DNA of 64,000 nt from Camelus dromedarius (Eukaryota): contig NC_087437.1 of NCBI RefSeq assembly GCF_036321535.1, positions 28,646,001 through 28,710,000 on the forward strand, read 5' to 3'. A model generated the notes under the pieces. It saw nothing but the letters and a program-made list of their open reading frames with translations, made no database searches and was not told the origin of the DNA. This document shows positions 23,860-36,239 of the stretch, piece by piece (the stretch's first letter is position 1; each line of letters opens with the position of its first letter). A program made the position numbers and the translations under genes.

Positions 23860-26535
23860 AAAGAATAGTAAACTAAACCCAAACCAAGCAGAAGGAAATA
23901 ATAAAGATTAGACCAGCAATCAACAAAATTAGAAACAGAGAAACAACAGAGAAATTCAATGAAAAATATTGATTCTTTGGAAAGATCAAGATAATTGACA
24001 AATCTTAGTTAGAATAACCAAAAAAAAAAAAAAAAAGAGAGAGAGAGAAAGGACTCAAATACCAAACAGGAATAAATGAGAGAATATCACGAACAATTCC
24101 AGGGAAACCAAAATCGAAAGAATTATGAGGAAGTATTATGAACGATTTTTTGCCAACAAATTATGTAATTTAGATAGAATGGACAAATACTTAGGACACA
24201 CATTATCAAAACTGCATCAAAGAGAAATACAATGCCTGGACATAAGCAAAGACGATGAACTAATTATTAACAATTTTCCTGCAAAGAAAAGCCCAGCTCC
24301 AGAAAGCTTCGTTGGTGAATCCTATGTAACAGTTAAAGAGATAATACAAAACCCTGAGAAAATAGAGGAGGAGGAAATATTTTCCAACTTATTCTATGAA
24401 GTCAGTATTACTCTGATTCTGCATCCGATTCTTCTTGGGGGTTGGTGTCGGAGGTGGGGGGGAGGTCCCCCCCTCCGACACCAACAATGATTCTTCAACA
24501 CCAGCTGTGTGTCCTACAATTCAGCTCACTCCTGACACTACCAGGACGTGGCATCAAATTCCACATGCTAAGGGCTCAGTCCCACAAGACAGCCCCTGCT
24601 TCCACTTCAGATACTAGCTGCAAACCCAGGTCTTTCTGACCAACTAGCTATAGATTGGAGGTTCCAATGATGTTCTCCTCCTTGTGTTTGATTTGCTAGA
24701 GCAGCTTACAAAACTCAGAGAAACAGCTTACTTACTAAATTACCAGTTTATTAATAAAAGGATATAACTCAGGGAGAGCCAGATGGACTAGATGCATAGG
24801 GCAAGGTTTGGGGAAAGGGTGAGGAGCTTCCATGTGCCACTTCCCCCAGACCCTCGTTCATCAACCCAGAAGTTCTCTGAACCCTGTCCTTTTAGTGTTT
24901 ATGGAGGCTTCATTACATAAGCATGATTAATTGCATCACAGGCCATTGCATCTCTAGCCTCTCTCTCCTTCCAGGGTGCTAGGGGTGAAACTGAAATTCC
25001 CAAACCTGTAATCACATGGTTTGTTTCCCTGGCAACCAGTCCCCATTCTTAGGGGCTTTCCAAAAGTCACTTCATTAACGTAAACTCAGGAATGGGTGAA
25101 AGGGGTTTGTTATGAATATCAAGACACCTTTATTGCTCTTATCACTCAAGAAATTCTAAAGGTTTTAGGAGCTTTGTTCCAAAATTGAGGACAAAGACCA
25201 AATACATGTTTCTTGTTATTAATTACAATTACCCTGATATCAAAGCCAAAGAGATCACAAAGAAAGAAAACAAACATCCCTCATGAACATAGATGTAAAA
25301 TATCAACAGATTTTTAGCAAATTCGATTCAGCAATATATAAAACATATTAAAAAGGTTACGTGTCATGATTAAGTGGGATTTATCCCTGAAATGCAAAAT
25401 TGGCTTAACATCTGAAAATCAGTTAAGGTAATACACCATATTAATATAACGCAAAACCAAACCCAGGTGATTATCTCAAAGGATACAGAAGAAGCATTTG
25501 ACACAATCCAGCACTCATTTACGATAACTATCACAGAACTAGGAATAGAAAGAAACCGCTTCATTTTGATAAAGGGCATCTACTAACAATAACAATCTAA
25601 CAAAATAAGTGCAATAATTGTACACTGCATATTTTTTAAAAAACACCCCTGAGAGAAATGAAAGAAAATTTTAAATAGAGAGACTTCTATGGTCATGAAT
25701 TATAAGATGCAATGATAATATGATGGTAATTTTCTTCAAAGATTTGTACACTTATTAAAATCTTTATCAAAATCTCAACAGGCCTTTGTGTAGAAAGGCA
25801 AAACTTGCTCCTAAAATGTATACGGATATGCTAAAAGCCTAAAATAACCAAAACAATTTAGAAAAAGGAAGAGTAAAATTGGAGGATTTCCGTTATCCAA
25901 TTTCAAAGCATATTATAAAGTTATAATAAAGAAGACAGTGTGATACTTGTGTAAGAGTCGGCATATAGATCAGTGGAAAAGACCTGAGAGTTCAGCAATA
26001 ATCTCTTACATTTATGATTAAATGATTTTTGATGAAGGTGTCAGTAACACATGAGTGACAATATAGCCTTTTCGTCTAGTAGTCCTGGGACAGTTGGATA
26101 TCCCTATTTCTAAAAAGTGGACTGAAACTATTATCTTACTTCATACAAAAAAATTAACTCAAAATAGATCCTAGACTTAGATGCACAAGCTAAAACCGTT
26201 GAGAAAATGAAAAGACAAGCCACAAACTAGAAGAAAATACTTCTATTTGTAAGTTATATATCTGATGAAGATCTTATATCCAGAATATAAAAAGAACTCT
26301 TAAAATTTAATTATAAGAAGACTAAAAGAAAACAATTAAAAATAAGTGGAAGACTCTTACAGCTCAACCACAACAAAAGATAAACAACCTGATTAAAAAA
26401 TAGGCAGAAGATTTAAATAGACCTTGCTCCAAAGAAGATACACAAATGGCCAATAAGCACATGAAAACATGCGTAACATCATTAATCATCAGAGAAATTG
26501 AAATTTAAAAACAATGCAAAAACATTATACATCTC
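23860..26535 (+). mobile_element. L1 ORF2 pseudo-coding remnant (Z domain/RT to C-terminal part), split by a MER21 LTR
   Basis: ORF 24125-24490 begins RKYYERFFANKLCNLDRMDKYL...FPAKKSPAPESFVGESY...EKIEEEEIFSNLFYEVSITLI, clearly L1 ORF2p-like. The L1 resumes near 25230 with RT remnants ('atctcaaaggatacagaagaagcatttgacacaatccagcac'). Confidence 0.92.
24418..25233 (-). mobile_element. MER21 (MER21A-like) solo LTR inserted into L1 ORF2
   Basis: 'caccagctgtgtgtcctacaattcag', 'aagggctcagtcccacaagac', 'ttgctagagcagcttacaaaactcagagaaac', and end 'ggacaaagaccaaatacatgtttcttgttatt'. Confidence 0.88.
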
Positions 26536-26855
26536 CTTTAGAGACTATAGTCTGGTTGGGAGAAACAGACATATAAATAGCTTCTTTAGAGTTGTTACAG
26601 TGGAAATCTAAATAAGGTTTAGCAGAGACATAAAATTCTGTGGATCAAAACTGTAACAACAGGACAGGCTTGATACCACTCATCAGACTTTCTATGGTGT
26701 TTTGACTCCCAGCTGTAGATGGGAGCTCTCCTCCCCTATCACTTTCCCTACCAAGAAATTACAAAAGCCCTCACTTCACCCTTTCTATCATGCTTTGAAT
26801 AAAGTTTCTTCAAATTTCTATCTCTTGGTGGTTTACTTTTATCTCCTTATTGCTT

Positions 26856-27030
26856 TTTATTCATTCATCCATTCATCCAGCCAGCCAGCCATTTATTCAT
26901 TCATTCAATCATTCAGTCATACAATCAGTAAATATGTATTGACTATTAAGACCCAGAACTGTTTTAAGTACTTGGAAATCAAAAGCGAAAGAACAATTAT
27001 CAAATACCATTGTCTTGATAGAGCTTAGAT
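26856..27030 (-). mobile_element. L2 3' tail
   Basis: (CATT)n-like tail followed by 'aaatatgtattgactatt...cagaactgttttaagtacttgga'. Confidence 0.65.
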
Positions 27031-27809
27031 AGTGAAAGGTTTAAAGTCATTATCTACGGGAAGACATGCACATCATTTTCATCATATTTACAGCCATCTT
27101 AATTTTTCTTTCTTTTATTCTTCGCTACATTCTAAAACTTACATCTGTTAACCTTGATGTTTAAACCCTTATGTCCATGCTTCAAACTATTTGATTATCT
27201 CGTTTAATTTTCTTTTGTTTTCTCCATTATCCCTAGGAATTTTTTTTTCCAGGACTGGTTAAGTATATGTCTTAAACTCCAAGTTTCCTAAAACCATCTT
27301 TTCACAGTGGATGAATCAAGCTTGCATTGACTACAAGCCAGAGTTGGTGATCCCCTCAGCAGAAAAACAAATATTGCAGGTTCCCTGCATTTTAGTGGAC
27401 AAAACCCCTGAATCTGTGCCTAATGGTTACTGCTTGGGGTGTCTCCTTTCCATTGGCCTTGGTGCTCTGACTCTATTCCTAACAACTCTTATTTCTCTGA
27501 GTTGGCTCGTTAGGTCTTAGTCTGATTAAACCAATCCACAAGCATCTGTGATCACCAACCATTAACATCACTGGCTAGTCTAATCCAGCAACTATCGGGA
27601 TGCTTAGATGCTTAAAATAGAAGAAATAAAGACTAAAATTTATCTTGTATCATTTACTGTATTATTTACAACAAACCTAACTTGAAAAAAAAGACCAATT
27701 TTAGAAGTTGCTTCTCTTTTTGAAATTAATACTTTTATTAGTTTACCAAAGGAAAACTTAAGTGGCCACAGAAAAACATGAATATTTTAACTAAGATTGT
27801 TTTTATTTT

Positions 27810-28731
27810 ATTATGTCAGTCTCTGCCCCTGGTTCCTGGCACAGAGCTCCTAAAACCCTTGTAATTTCTTGTGAGATAAGAATACCAGAATATCTCTTGT
27901 TCTAGTATTTGTCCTTGATCCCTTCCCTGACACAGGGCTCTCCAAACCCTTGTAAATTCCTAAGTGATAAGAGCACTAGAAGTACTTTTTATCTACTGAG
28001 TTGACTCTGGGTGAGCTCCTGGTGTGGGGATGGTCACAGAAAGGCTATGCCATGATTAGAGGCTTGGTATTTTCAGCCTCACCCCATCCTCCAGATAGGG
28101 TAGTGGGCCTGGAAATGGTGTTAAGAGTTGACCCTGCTTATGTGAAGAAGCCTCCATAAGATCCCAACAGCACATGTTTCAGAGCACTTCCAGGCAGGTG
28201 AACACACCCACACCAGGAGGGTGGTACACCCCAACTCCACGGGGACAGACACTCCTGCGCTGGGACCTTCCCAGACCTCATCCCATGTTTCTCTTCATCT
28301 GACTGTTCATCTGTATCCTTTATCATAACTTAAATAAACTGGGAAATATAACTGTTTCCTTGAGTTCTGTGAGCTGCTCTAGAAAACCAATTGAACCTAA
28401 GGAGTGGGTCATGGGAAACTTCCATTTGTAGGCAAGTTGTGGGTAACCTGGGGACTACGACCTGTGATTGGCATCTGAAGTAGGGTGGGAGCAGTCTTGA
28501 GAGACTGTGTCTTTAACTTGTGGGATCTGATACTCCCACCAGGTAGATAGTGGTAGAATTAAGTTGTAGGACAGCCAGCTGGTGTCACAGAAAATTGCTT
28601 ATTGTGGGGAAAACCCCCACACATTTGGTGACCATCAGTATCAGAAGTGAAGTCTTCCATGTGATTATAAAGGAGACACACAGGAAAGAAAGACATACAC
28701 AAAGAGATCCACTGGGTTGTTTTCAATTACA
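27810..28731 (+). mobile_element. MER21 (MER21B-like) solo LTR
   Basis: Internal tandem 'cctggcacagagctcctaaaacccttgtaatt' / 'cctgacacagggctctccaaacccttgtaaatt', plus 'ctcttcatctgactgttcatctgtatcctt', AATAAA, 'tgtggggaaaacccccacacatttggtgacc', ending in 'ca'. Confidence 0.9.
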
Positions 28732-28814
28732 AGGTGATTTGTGCTTTCTTTCTACACTTTTACATGAGAATTTTAAGCAGTACCTAAAGGTCACCCTTAG
28801 AAGCAGATGAAGGA

Positions 28815-29010
28815 ACTAATATTTATTGCCCTCCTATATTAACTAATGATTAAGTGGTAGCACATGACTCACTTAATTCTCATAACAATACTAAAATTAT
28901 ATATATTATTGTTCGTGTACTTTGGAAGAAGTGTAGGTTCAAAGGTGACAAGAAATTTAATCAGGATCACAAGATTACTACCAGCAAAGGAAGGATTCAT
29001 TCCAGCCTCT
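28815..29010 (-). mobile_element. MIR fragment
   Basis: 'aatatttattg...ctcacttaattctcataacaa...ggtgacaagaaatttaatcaggatcaca'. Confidence 0.55.
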
Positions 29011-30016
29011 CCCACAAATATCTGTCACAGTCTCATTCTACCGTTCCATAGTTAAATTCAAAAAATAATGCTTGTAGTTAGATGAGCGCCTGCATTTACA
29101 CTAAAAGTTACTGAAACATAGTAAATGTGGCTACACTTTCATTCGAAATTCATTCTTTGTAAAATCTTATCACTGGAAGAAGTTGAAGAAAGGTGTGACT
29201 CATAAGTTTCATTCCCTGTGTATTTTCTCTGAGGAGCACTGAGAGATGATTTTTCCCTCTTGACTCTTTAGTCAATTTAACACATGTTCAAGTGCTTTTA
29301 GGATAAAGCTATGATGGACATACATCTTTTAGACTGCCATCTTGGGAGAAACATTCATTTCAGTGTTTTGAGGGAGAGAAATAGATCTGAAATTCTTTTT
29401 TTCTCCACGTTCACAGATACTGCTACAATTTAACAGAAATCTTTCTTCATTTCACTAGGTCATTGTTTGTGTTATAATTTCAGCGGTGTCTCACTGACTT
29501 CAGCCATCAGGGAAACAAAGATGCTTTCAAGGAACTGGCCAACCAAAGAAAGAATTACGGGTAATAGTATTTTGGTTTATTTTGTCATAACAAAGATTTC
29601 ATTTATGCTTATTGTTGATCGCCTCCTTAAAATCCATCCAGAGAAGGTCAAATGATTCTATTTATTTTGATGAAAATATATCTGGACCTAAAATGTCAGC
29701 TGTATCACTGAATGGTCACATTTGGTTGGGTTTGGGTCTCGGGAATACAAAAAACCCACATTGGTCATAAAACCATTGGAAAGTGTCAGAAAGATTTTTA
29801 AAGGCAAATAAGATGGCAGAGCCAGCCTCTCCTACAACCACATAAGTACAGAGCTTCTTACTGGCCCAGAGGAGCTTCCCTCCACACCTGCCCAGGTGTG
29901 CAGAGCTTGGGTGTGAAGACCAAAACAAGGCTGATTCTGTATCTGCATTGATTACTACCTGTGGGGACAGAAGAAGTGCAATGCTTAACTATTCTCCCTG
30001 TAAAACAGTAAGTTAG

Positions 30017-30170
30017 CCCAGGAACTATATTCAATATCTTGTAGCAACCTATAATGAAAAAGAACGTGAAAACGAATACATGTATGTATACATATGACTG
30101 AAACATTAGGCCGTACACCAGAAATTGACATATTATTGTAAATTGACTATACTTCAATTTTTAAAAAAAA
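30017..30170 (+). mobile_element. Short young L1 3' end with an imperfect target-site duplication
   Basis: 'ggaactatattcaatatcttgtagcaacctataatgaaaaagaa...tacaccagaaattgaca...gactatacttcaatttttaaaaaaaa'. Flanks are agtaagttag (30007-30016) and agtcagttag (30171-30180). Confidence 0.88.
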
Positions 30171-30269
30171 AGTCAGTTAGGACGTGAACCCCACCCCCTT
30201 ACCTTATGAGAACACAAACCCAAGTCCCCTTTGTTTTGCCCCCTTTCAGACATCCTGCCCTACCCATCT

Positions 30270-30680
30270 CCTAGCTCTCAGTAGCTCCCACCACTCTCAA
30301 GCATACCAGGCATGTTCCTGTCTCGATGACTTTGCAGTTGTTATATCCTGTGCCTGGAACTCTTGTCCTCAGATACAGCCACTCAATTTCCTCCCTAAGC
30401 TCCCTCAGTTTTCTGTTCCTATCACCTTATTAGAGAAGTCTCTCTGGAGTAGATGGTTTAAAATAGGGTCTTCTCGTCTTCCATCACTTTCTTAAGTTCC
30501 CTTGTATTAGTTTTCTTTAAACCCCTGAATCACCACCTTGCACATGACGAGTTTGTTGTCTGTCTGCCCCTACCAGAACTGAAAGAGAGTAGGGACATTC
30601 GCTTTACCATGATCCCCCCAGAACTCTGTCCCTAGCACAGAGTAGGATCTCCAGAGACTGGTTAAATGAATTGTTAAATA
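30270..30680 (+). mobile_element. L2 3' region
   Basis: 'gactttgcagttgttatatcctgtgcctggaactct...cctagcacagagtagg...ttaaatgaat'. Confidence 0.7.
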
Positions 30681-32774
30681 AAATCAGCTAGACTTATTTT
30701 CTTCTTTACTTCAAACATCCAAGTGAGCAGCAGAATGGCTTTATCGCTTTAATTAGCAGGATGCAGAGAAAGACAGAAAGGTCAGGAAGTGGGAAATTTA
30801 GGAGGGCACTTCAGAAGACACAACCCATGATTTGGGTTAGCCCAAGAAGCTGTGAATTCTGAAGTGACACTATGATCATGATGTTAGTTTTCAACTTTAC
30901 CCAGTATTTTTTCATTTACTTTTACGGCTTTTTCTATTTATTTCTGGCTTCCTCTTCTGAAAAGATGTAGGCTTTATAATCATGAAGTTAAACTGACACC
31001 ACCTCCTTCTTAAAAGGAAACAGAAGCACCACTAACACACTTTGCTTAGCGTTAGAAACCCCTATTTAGAAAGTTATTTTTATGTGCTCATTTTTAATAT
31101 AGTTTCCATATAATGGCTTCTCAAGATAGAAAGCCCTTAATGGGGCTAGATCTAGAACAATCTGATCTGATACTTGGGACTTTGTAGCACGCACATTTTT
31201 GCCCAGGAAAAAGAAATGACGAGCTAGCCAAGAATAAGAACGCAAAAGATAGAATGTGGTGGTGGCATGCTACTATTCACTTAAACAGCTCTAAAAATCG
31301 TGATTCTCCTATTATTATTTTTTGTGAAGCCAAAAATATGCCTACCATTATAAGCAACGTCTGATCTGTATCTTGTATGTTTTTATGAATAAGATAGCTG
31401 TGTTCTGACTTGCTGTTCTATTTTCATTGTGTTGAACTTAGGGTTTTCAGCTTTCTTTTATAGAAACAGAGAAAGGGAGAGAGAGAGAGATCTTTTGCAG
31501 TAGGAGAATAGATTTACACTTTTAGAGTTTTTACCCTTAAAGGCCAAGGTATATATATATATATATGCAATAAATTAGTTTCCTTATAAAATAAAATGTG
31601 TATTTCATGCTCAAGCATGTTCTTTGTTCCTTAACATTTTATGTATATGGTGTTAAACGTATAGGTTGTCAGAAGCTTTGCAAAGAAGTGAAAAATAATT
31701 TATTTTTTTCTTTCTCAGAGCCAACTTAGTGTCACAGACATATATCTTATTTCCCATGATTTAAACTACATATATCTGTTCAAAAGTCCTCCCCAATTTG
31801 ATTCACAGGATTGTATTTTGAGGTATCGTGATTGAAATGAGTTTTTATTTCCATAGTGATTCATGACCATGAGGGCAGCTAAGGGCAAAATTTAATTTCT
31901 GATTCTCTAGAAGGGGTGATAACAATGAAGTGAATTGTAATTGAATTCTGAACATGAACAAAGCACAAAAGATAAATTTAGTTTGCAGATGTGCACAAAT
32001 GCATTATGTTTAGAGTTCAATGCCATTTTAATGTTTTCTTTCTAAATGAGAAAATTACATTCTTTAAATTTTCCAAGACTGGATGTGTTGGTAATGTCCT
32101 GGCCACTTCTGTCTCCAAATCAGTTTTTATTGCTTAACTTGTCATTACTGTAAGGAAATTATTTATCTTACACCCAAAGTATTTCAGCTACAGCCTGAAT
32201 ACAGACTGGGTATTTGGTGATCCTATCTGGACACTGCCATGCTAACTGAATATTTTTCTAATTACTGCCAAATTCAGTCATTTTAGGGGGGTAAACTTAA
32301 AATATGTACTTATTAAGTGCTAAAGCATAAAAAAAATCAAACAGCCTCTGACTCTGAATTTTTTAATTAAAAATAAGAAATATCATTACTTTTATTACTT
32401 TAAAGTGTTCTTAGTTACTATTTTTTAAAATCAAGTCCTTGAGTGGAATTAAGTGCATTTTAAAATAGTAATAGAGTGAAAAGACTTGTAGGATGTACAT
32501 GAAATAATTAATGTATTAAATAATTAAATCTAGCAACCTTCATCACCTAACCATCTTAAGTAACACTCCTCTTGCCAAAATAAGAGTAAATTATTCCATT
32601 AATGCTCAAATTTCTCTAGAGATAAATTTCTTCTAGAGAAGGAAATAGTATGTAGATAATATGCCCTAGAGCATTTAATGATCAATTCCATGCCCAGCTT
32701 AAAACACAGCTCTAACAGCTTACTTCTCTCTTTCTAGTTGTTTAGATATGATTCATTAATTTTACTTTAAAATA

Positions 32775-32990
32775 TTCCTAATAATATAATATTAATAGAT
32801 ACAATCCATTGAACATTCATTGCACAGCAGACATGACCAATACATCTTTAAAAAGGACCCTCCCCGTAATGTAGGTGCTATTATATTTCCATTTAATAGA
32901 GAATAAAGCTAAATTTAAAAAGTCAAAAACCTAGAGTTGGTAAGAGAGGTAAGCAGAATTTCAACACCAACCTGTTTTACTCTAAGTGTA
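32775..32990 (-). mobile_element. MIR fragment
   Basis: 'gtaggtgctattatatttccatttaatagagaataaagct...ggtaagagaggtaagcagaatttcaacacc'. Confidence 0.55.
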
Positions 32991-34377
32991 TGTTTATATT
33001 ATAACCACTTGTTACTTATCACACAGGGAAGTGCTGTGCACTGATCCCCTCCTTAGCATTCCATTTTATGCAGATGGATTGCACGCTGTTTCTTCCTTAC
33101 CATGCTCCTACCTAGGAGCATTTAATAACTCCATTGTACAGATGGGCAGTCTGTGTTCCAGAAATCTGAATTCTCCTCCCCTACTAGGTACATAACCTTG
33201 GGAAGCACATGCATCTCCTTCAAGGATTAATTTTTCAGATACATGAGCATTTGGCTCATGATTCTCTAACCAATGACATAGTCTCCATCCAAGAAACTGA
33301 AAATACCTAAGAGATTCCTTGGCAGTTACTGCCATCACATATAATGCTCTTCTCCATAATCCAGCGCCTCTGTCTTGAGCAGATCTTCTGCTGGGAAGGA
33401 AATATAATTGACAGTTACATTTTCCCCCTGCCCCAGGGTCAGACTCTGATTCTGGTAAAGCCCTTCCAAAGCCCACCTTCTTCAATCAGAGGCTCTAGAA
33501 AATACGTATGTGGACCCTTCCTCTGAGAAAGGTTTCAGATGCTTTGTCAAGATCATTTCCAAGTTAACCTCCAGCTGTATTTTTGGTTTCATGCTTGATT
33601 CTCTATAGAAGCACAGTTGCTTTAGCTGAGGCAGTTTATGTCTGAGGTGGATGGTGGCAGTAACCTCTCATTAAAGAAGGCATCCTTCTGCGTGGCCTTC
33701 CTTTACCCCCAAGTGGAAGAAGCAAAACGAAGGAATAGGATGAAGAAATTCTCAAAGCTCAACATCCCTGAAGGCAAATTTGCAGAAACGTCTGTTAAGG
33801 AAAGACAAAAATCACAAGGGATTTATTCATGCTCAGTAGCTTTGCTTTCTTTTTCTGCTTCTGTGAGGCAGAAGACATGATTTGGCAGGGGCAGGAACAG
33901 GAAACTTAAAGTACACAGTCCATCTTGCTTTTCTCAGAGAAGTCTCCCTGTGGTGCGGAAGAAGGATGAGGTGAAGAGGGAAAGCCCAGAGAAACGTCCA
34001 CGGTTGCTCTTAATGCCTGGCTGCGTGGAATTCTGGGAAGATTTCTGGGCGTGTTTGCAGATGATGCTAGGGAGGACATATGGGGAAAGAAAGAAGCTGA
34101 AAATGGAATAAAAGGCAGACAGAAAATGAAACTGAAGAAAATCCTTAGAAATTATACAGGGTATAAAGAGCCTAAGAGAAGTTAAAGTTAGTTAAATGGG
34201 GGTTATGTTTTCCTCTTAGGAGGGAAGGATGAAAATGAGTGAAGTCATAAATGGAGCCCATGACTCCACCAGCAACAGTTATAAATATGGAAAAGTGATG
34301 CTAATGAATCTGGGGGTGAGAAGGCGGAGAAAGCAGGGCAAATTGGCCTCCTTGTTAAAACAACGTTACTGAGGCAT

Positions 34378-34396
34378 CACTGCCACCTGGTGGCCA
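34378..34396 (-). promoter_or_regulatory. Candidate CTCF binding site
   Basis: The minus strand reads TGGCCACCAGGTGGCAGTG, a close match to the CTCF core (CCACCAGGGGGCGC / CCACCAGGTGGCAG), in apparently unique sequence. Confidence 0.7.
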
Positions 34397-36040
34397 ACAT
34401 CAACTTTGATCCTAGTTGCTTCCTGTTTTAGGGGGAGGGTTCCAACACTTTAACAAAGAAGACATGAAGAAATAAAGTCACGGCCATTCCCTCCCCTACG
34501 ACCTCTAGTTTGCCCTCTTTTCTAAGGTTCCTCCACTTGTAGGAGCCTGTGCTTGTCTCAGTGGGTACTTATTTCTTCCAGAAGAGAGCAGATCGCTTCA
34601 TAAGCATTGTAGTTTGCACCGTTATGTATCAGTATTTTTCCTGTTTAGAAGGATCAGTGCATCTTTAATTTTTTAATTTGCATGTTTGATTGGCATCCCT
34701 ATAGGGAGTTACTAAGCACTCAATTTTTCTTATAAGACATTCGACAACCACTTGGCAGAATTTCACTTTTTTTAACTCACAGCATGATTTGACGAGATGT
34801 TTTCTCACAACTGCTCTGTGCTAAAAGGGTCAGTCAAGGGTCTCTAGCGTCCCAGGCTCCGAAGAAATTGTACACTGAGAGGGACGGAATGAGGATGCAG
34901 AGAAACAGGGTGAAAGAGAACTTCTTGTAGCTTTGATCTTTGTTGACTTGGTCTCAAAGCCTTGGAACTCAACGTAACTGTGGATTTACAGAGCTACTGA
35001 CTGTATTTAAAACAAGTTGTCTCTTTAGTTTTTTTCCACCATTGTTCATCAGATTGCAGAGAAGCTGCCTTCCCAGTGTTACTGGCTAAAATCACCAGGT
35101 TTCATGAAAACATCTGGGACGATTAAATAATCTGAAAATCAACAACCCTACGCTTTTGCCTTAAAGCAAAAGGAAGCAGATGTGCAGACCTAGACTTAGA
35201 CTAACGTGGTCACAGGTTCTAAATTCACTCAGTTCGTTTCCTCTGTGTTAACTGGCTCATCAAATTAACTCATAATGACGGCGTCTGCCTCGTGAACTCT
35301 AACACAATCACAGCATAAGCAAATGTAAAATAGGAATTTTTAACGTAAACTTCTACTTTCCTCTGTCCAAAATGTCCTCACTTCTTTTTTATTAAATTTT
35401 AGTAGCCTATTTAAAGAGTTCTTCATGGGTCCCCTTTCCCTCTCTTAATAGGTAGAAGAAGCGTGTAATTTGTCAAGAGCAAGGAAAAGTGTAGAGGTTT
35501 GAGATTAGGCTCGTATCTGTATGTTCCCGACGGAAGCGGATTTTACCAGTAACATATTGCTGATTTCAGATACTGCGTGCCTTCCATTAGCCAGTTCAAG
35601 TACAGGAGGACCCCTAAAGGGGGCAATAATAATATGAATGCATTTGGGGGAGACAGAATGTCCAAACAGAAGAAAAGCAGTGTTGAATCAGACACAAAAA
35701 TGTCTGAGTATTTTACTCTTCTGCTTTCTCACTTTATCTAGTCCTTCTGTGGTGTAAAGGATGCCTGCAGATGGGTCAGCTGTATACCACTTCACAAGTT
35801 TGTTTTTTATGTCTGCGATGATTGACTTAATATTTTGCTTTAAAATCACCTTTTTATTTAGTCATTTCCTAGGCAATGTAATGCATGAAATGACAATTTT
35901 GGTGCTAATGTTTATAACTCTTATTAAAACAATGTAAAACTATTAAAGTAAAGATAAAAATCTACCACTCAAAAGCCAAATCCTGAAAGTTGCAGGGAAG
36001 AAAATAAAAATCGTAGTTTTCCACAACATGCTAGATACCC

Positions 36041-36110
36041 TTCTCTCTTCTCTCTCTCTTTTCTTGATTGCTCTCTGGCTTGCTCTCTCTCTCTCTCTCT
36101 CACACACACC
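36041..36110 (+). repeat. (CT)n(CA)n compound microsatellite
   Basis: Directly visible. Confidence 0.85.
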
Positions 36111-36239
36111 ACCCCACTGCCAATCCACCTAAGGAATATATTGCTTTAAAAATTTAGGAAGAAAATAATTGAACGGAGTGAGAATGTAAAAAATATAATG
36201 CTTTAAAGAGGTCAAAGCACCTTTGCACAGAAACTCCCA

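Noticed and set aside
27830..27975. Spaced direct repeats suggestive of an array
   Set aside because: Only two units, and they are internal to the MER21B-like LTR. This is not a CRISPR-like array, and the DNA is mammalian.
24418..28731. Two MER21 LTRs as the ends of one provirus
   Set aside because: They are in opposite orientation, appear to be different subfamilies, and enclose L1/L2 sequence rather than gag-pol.
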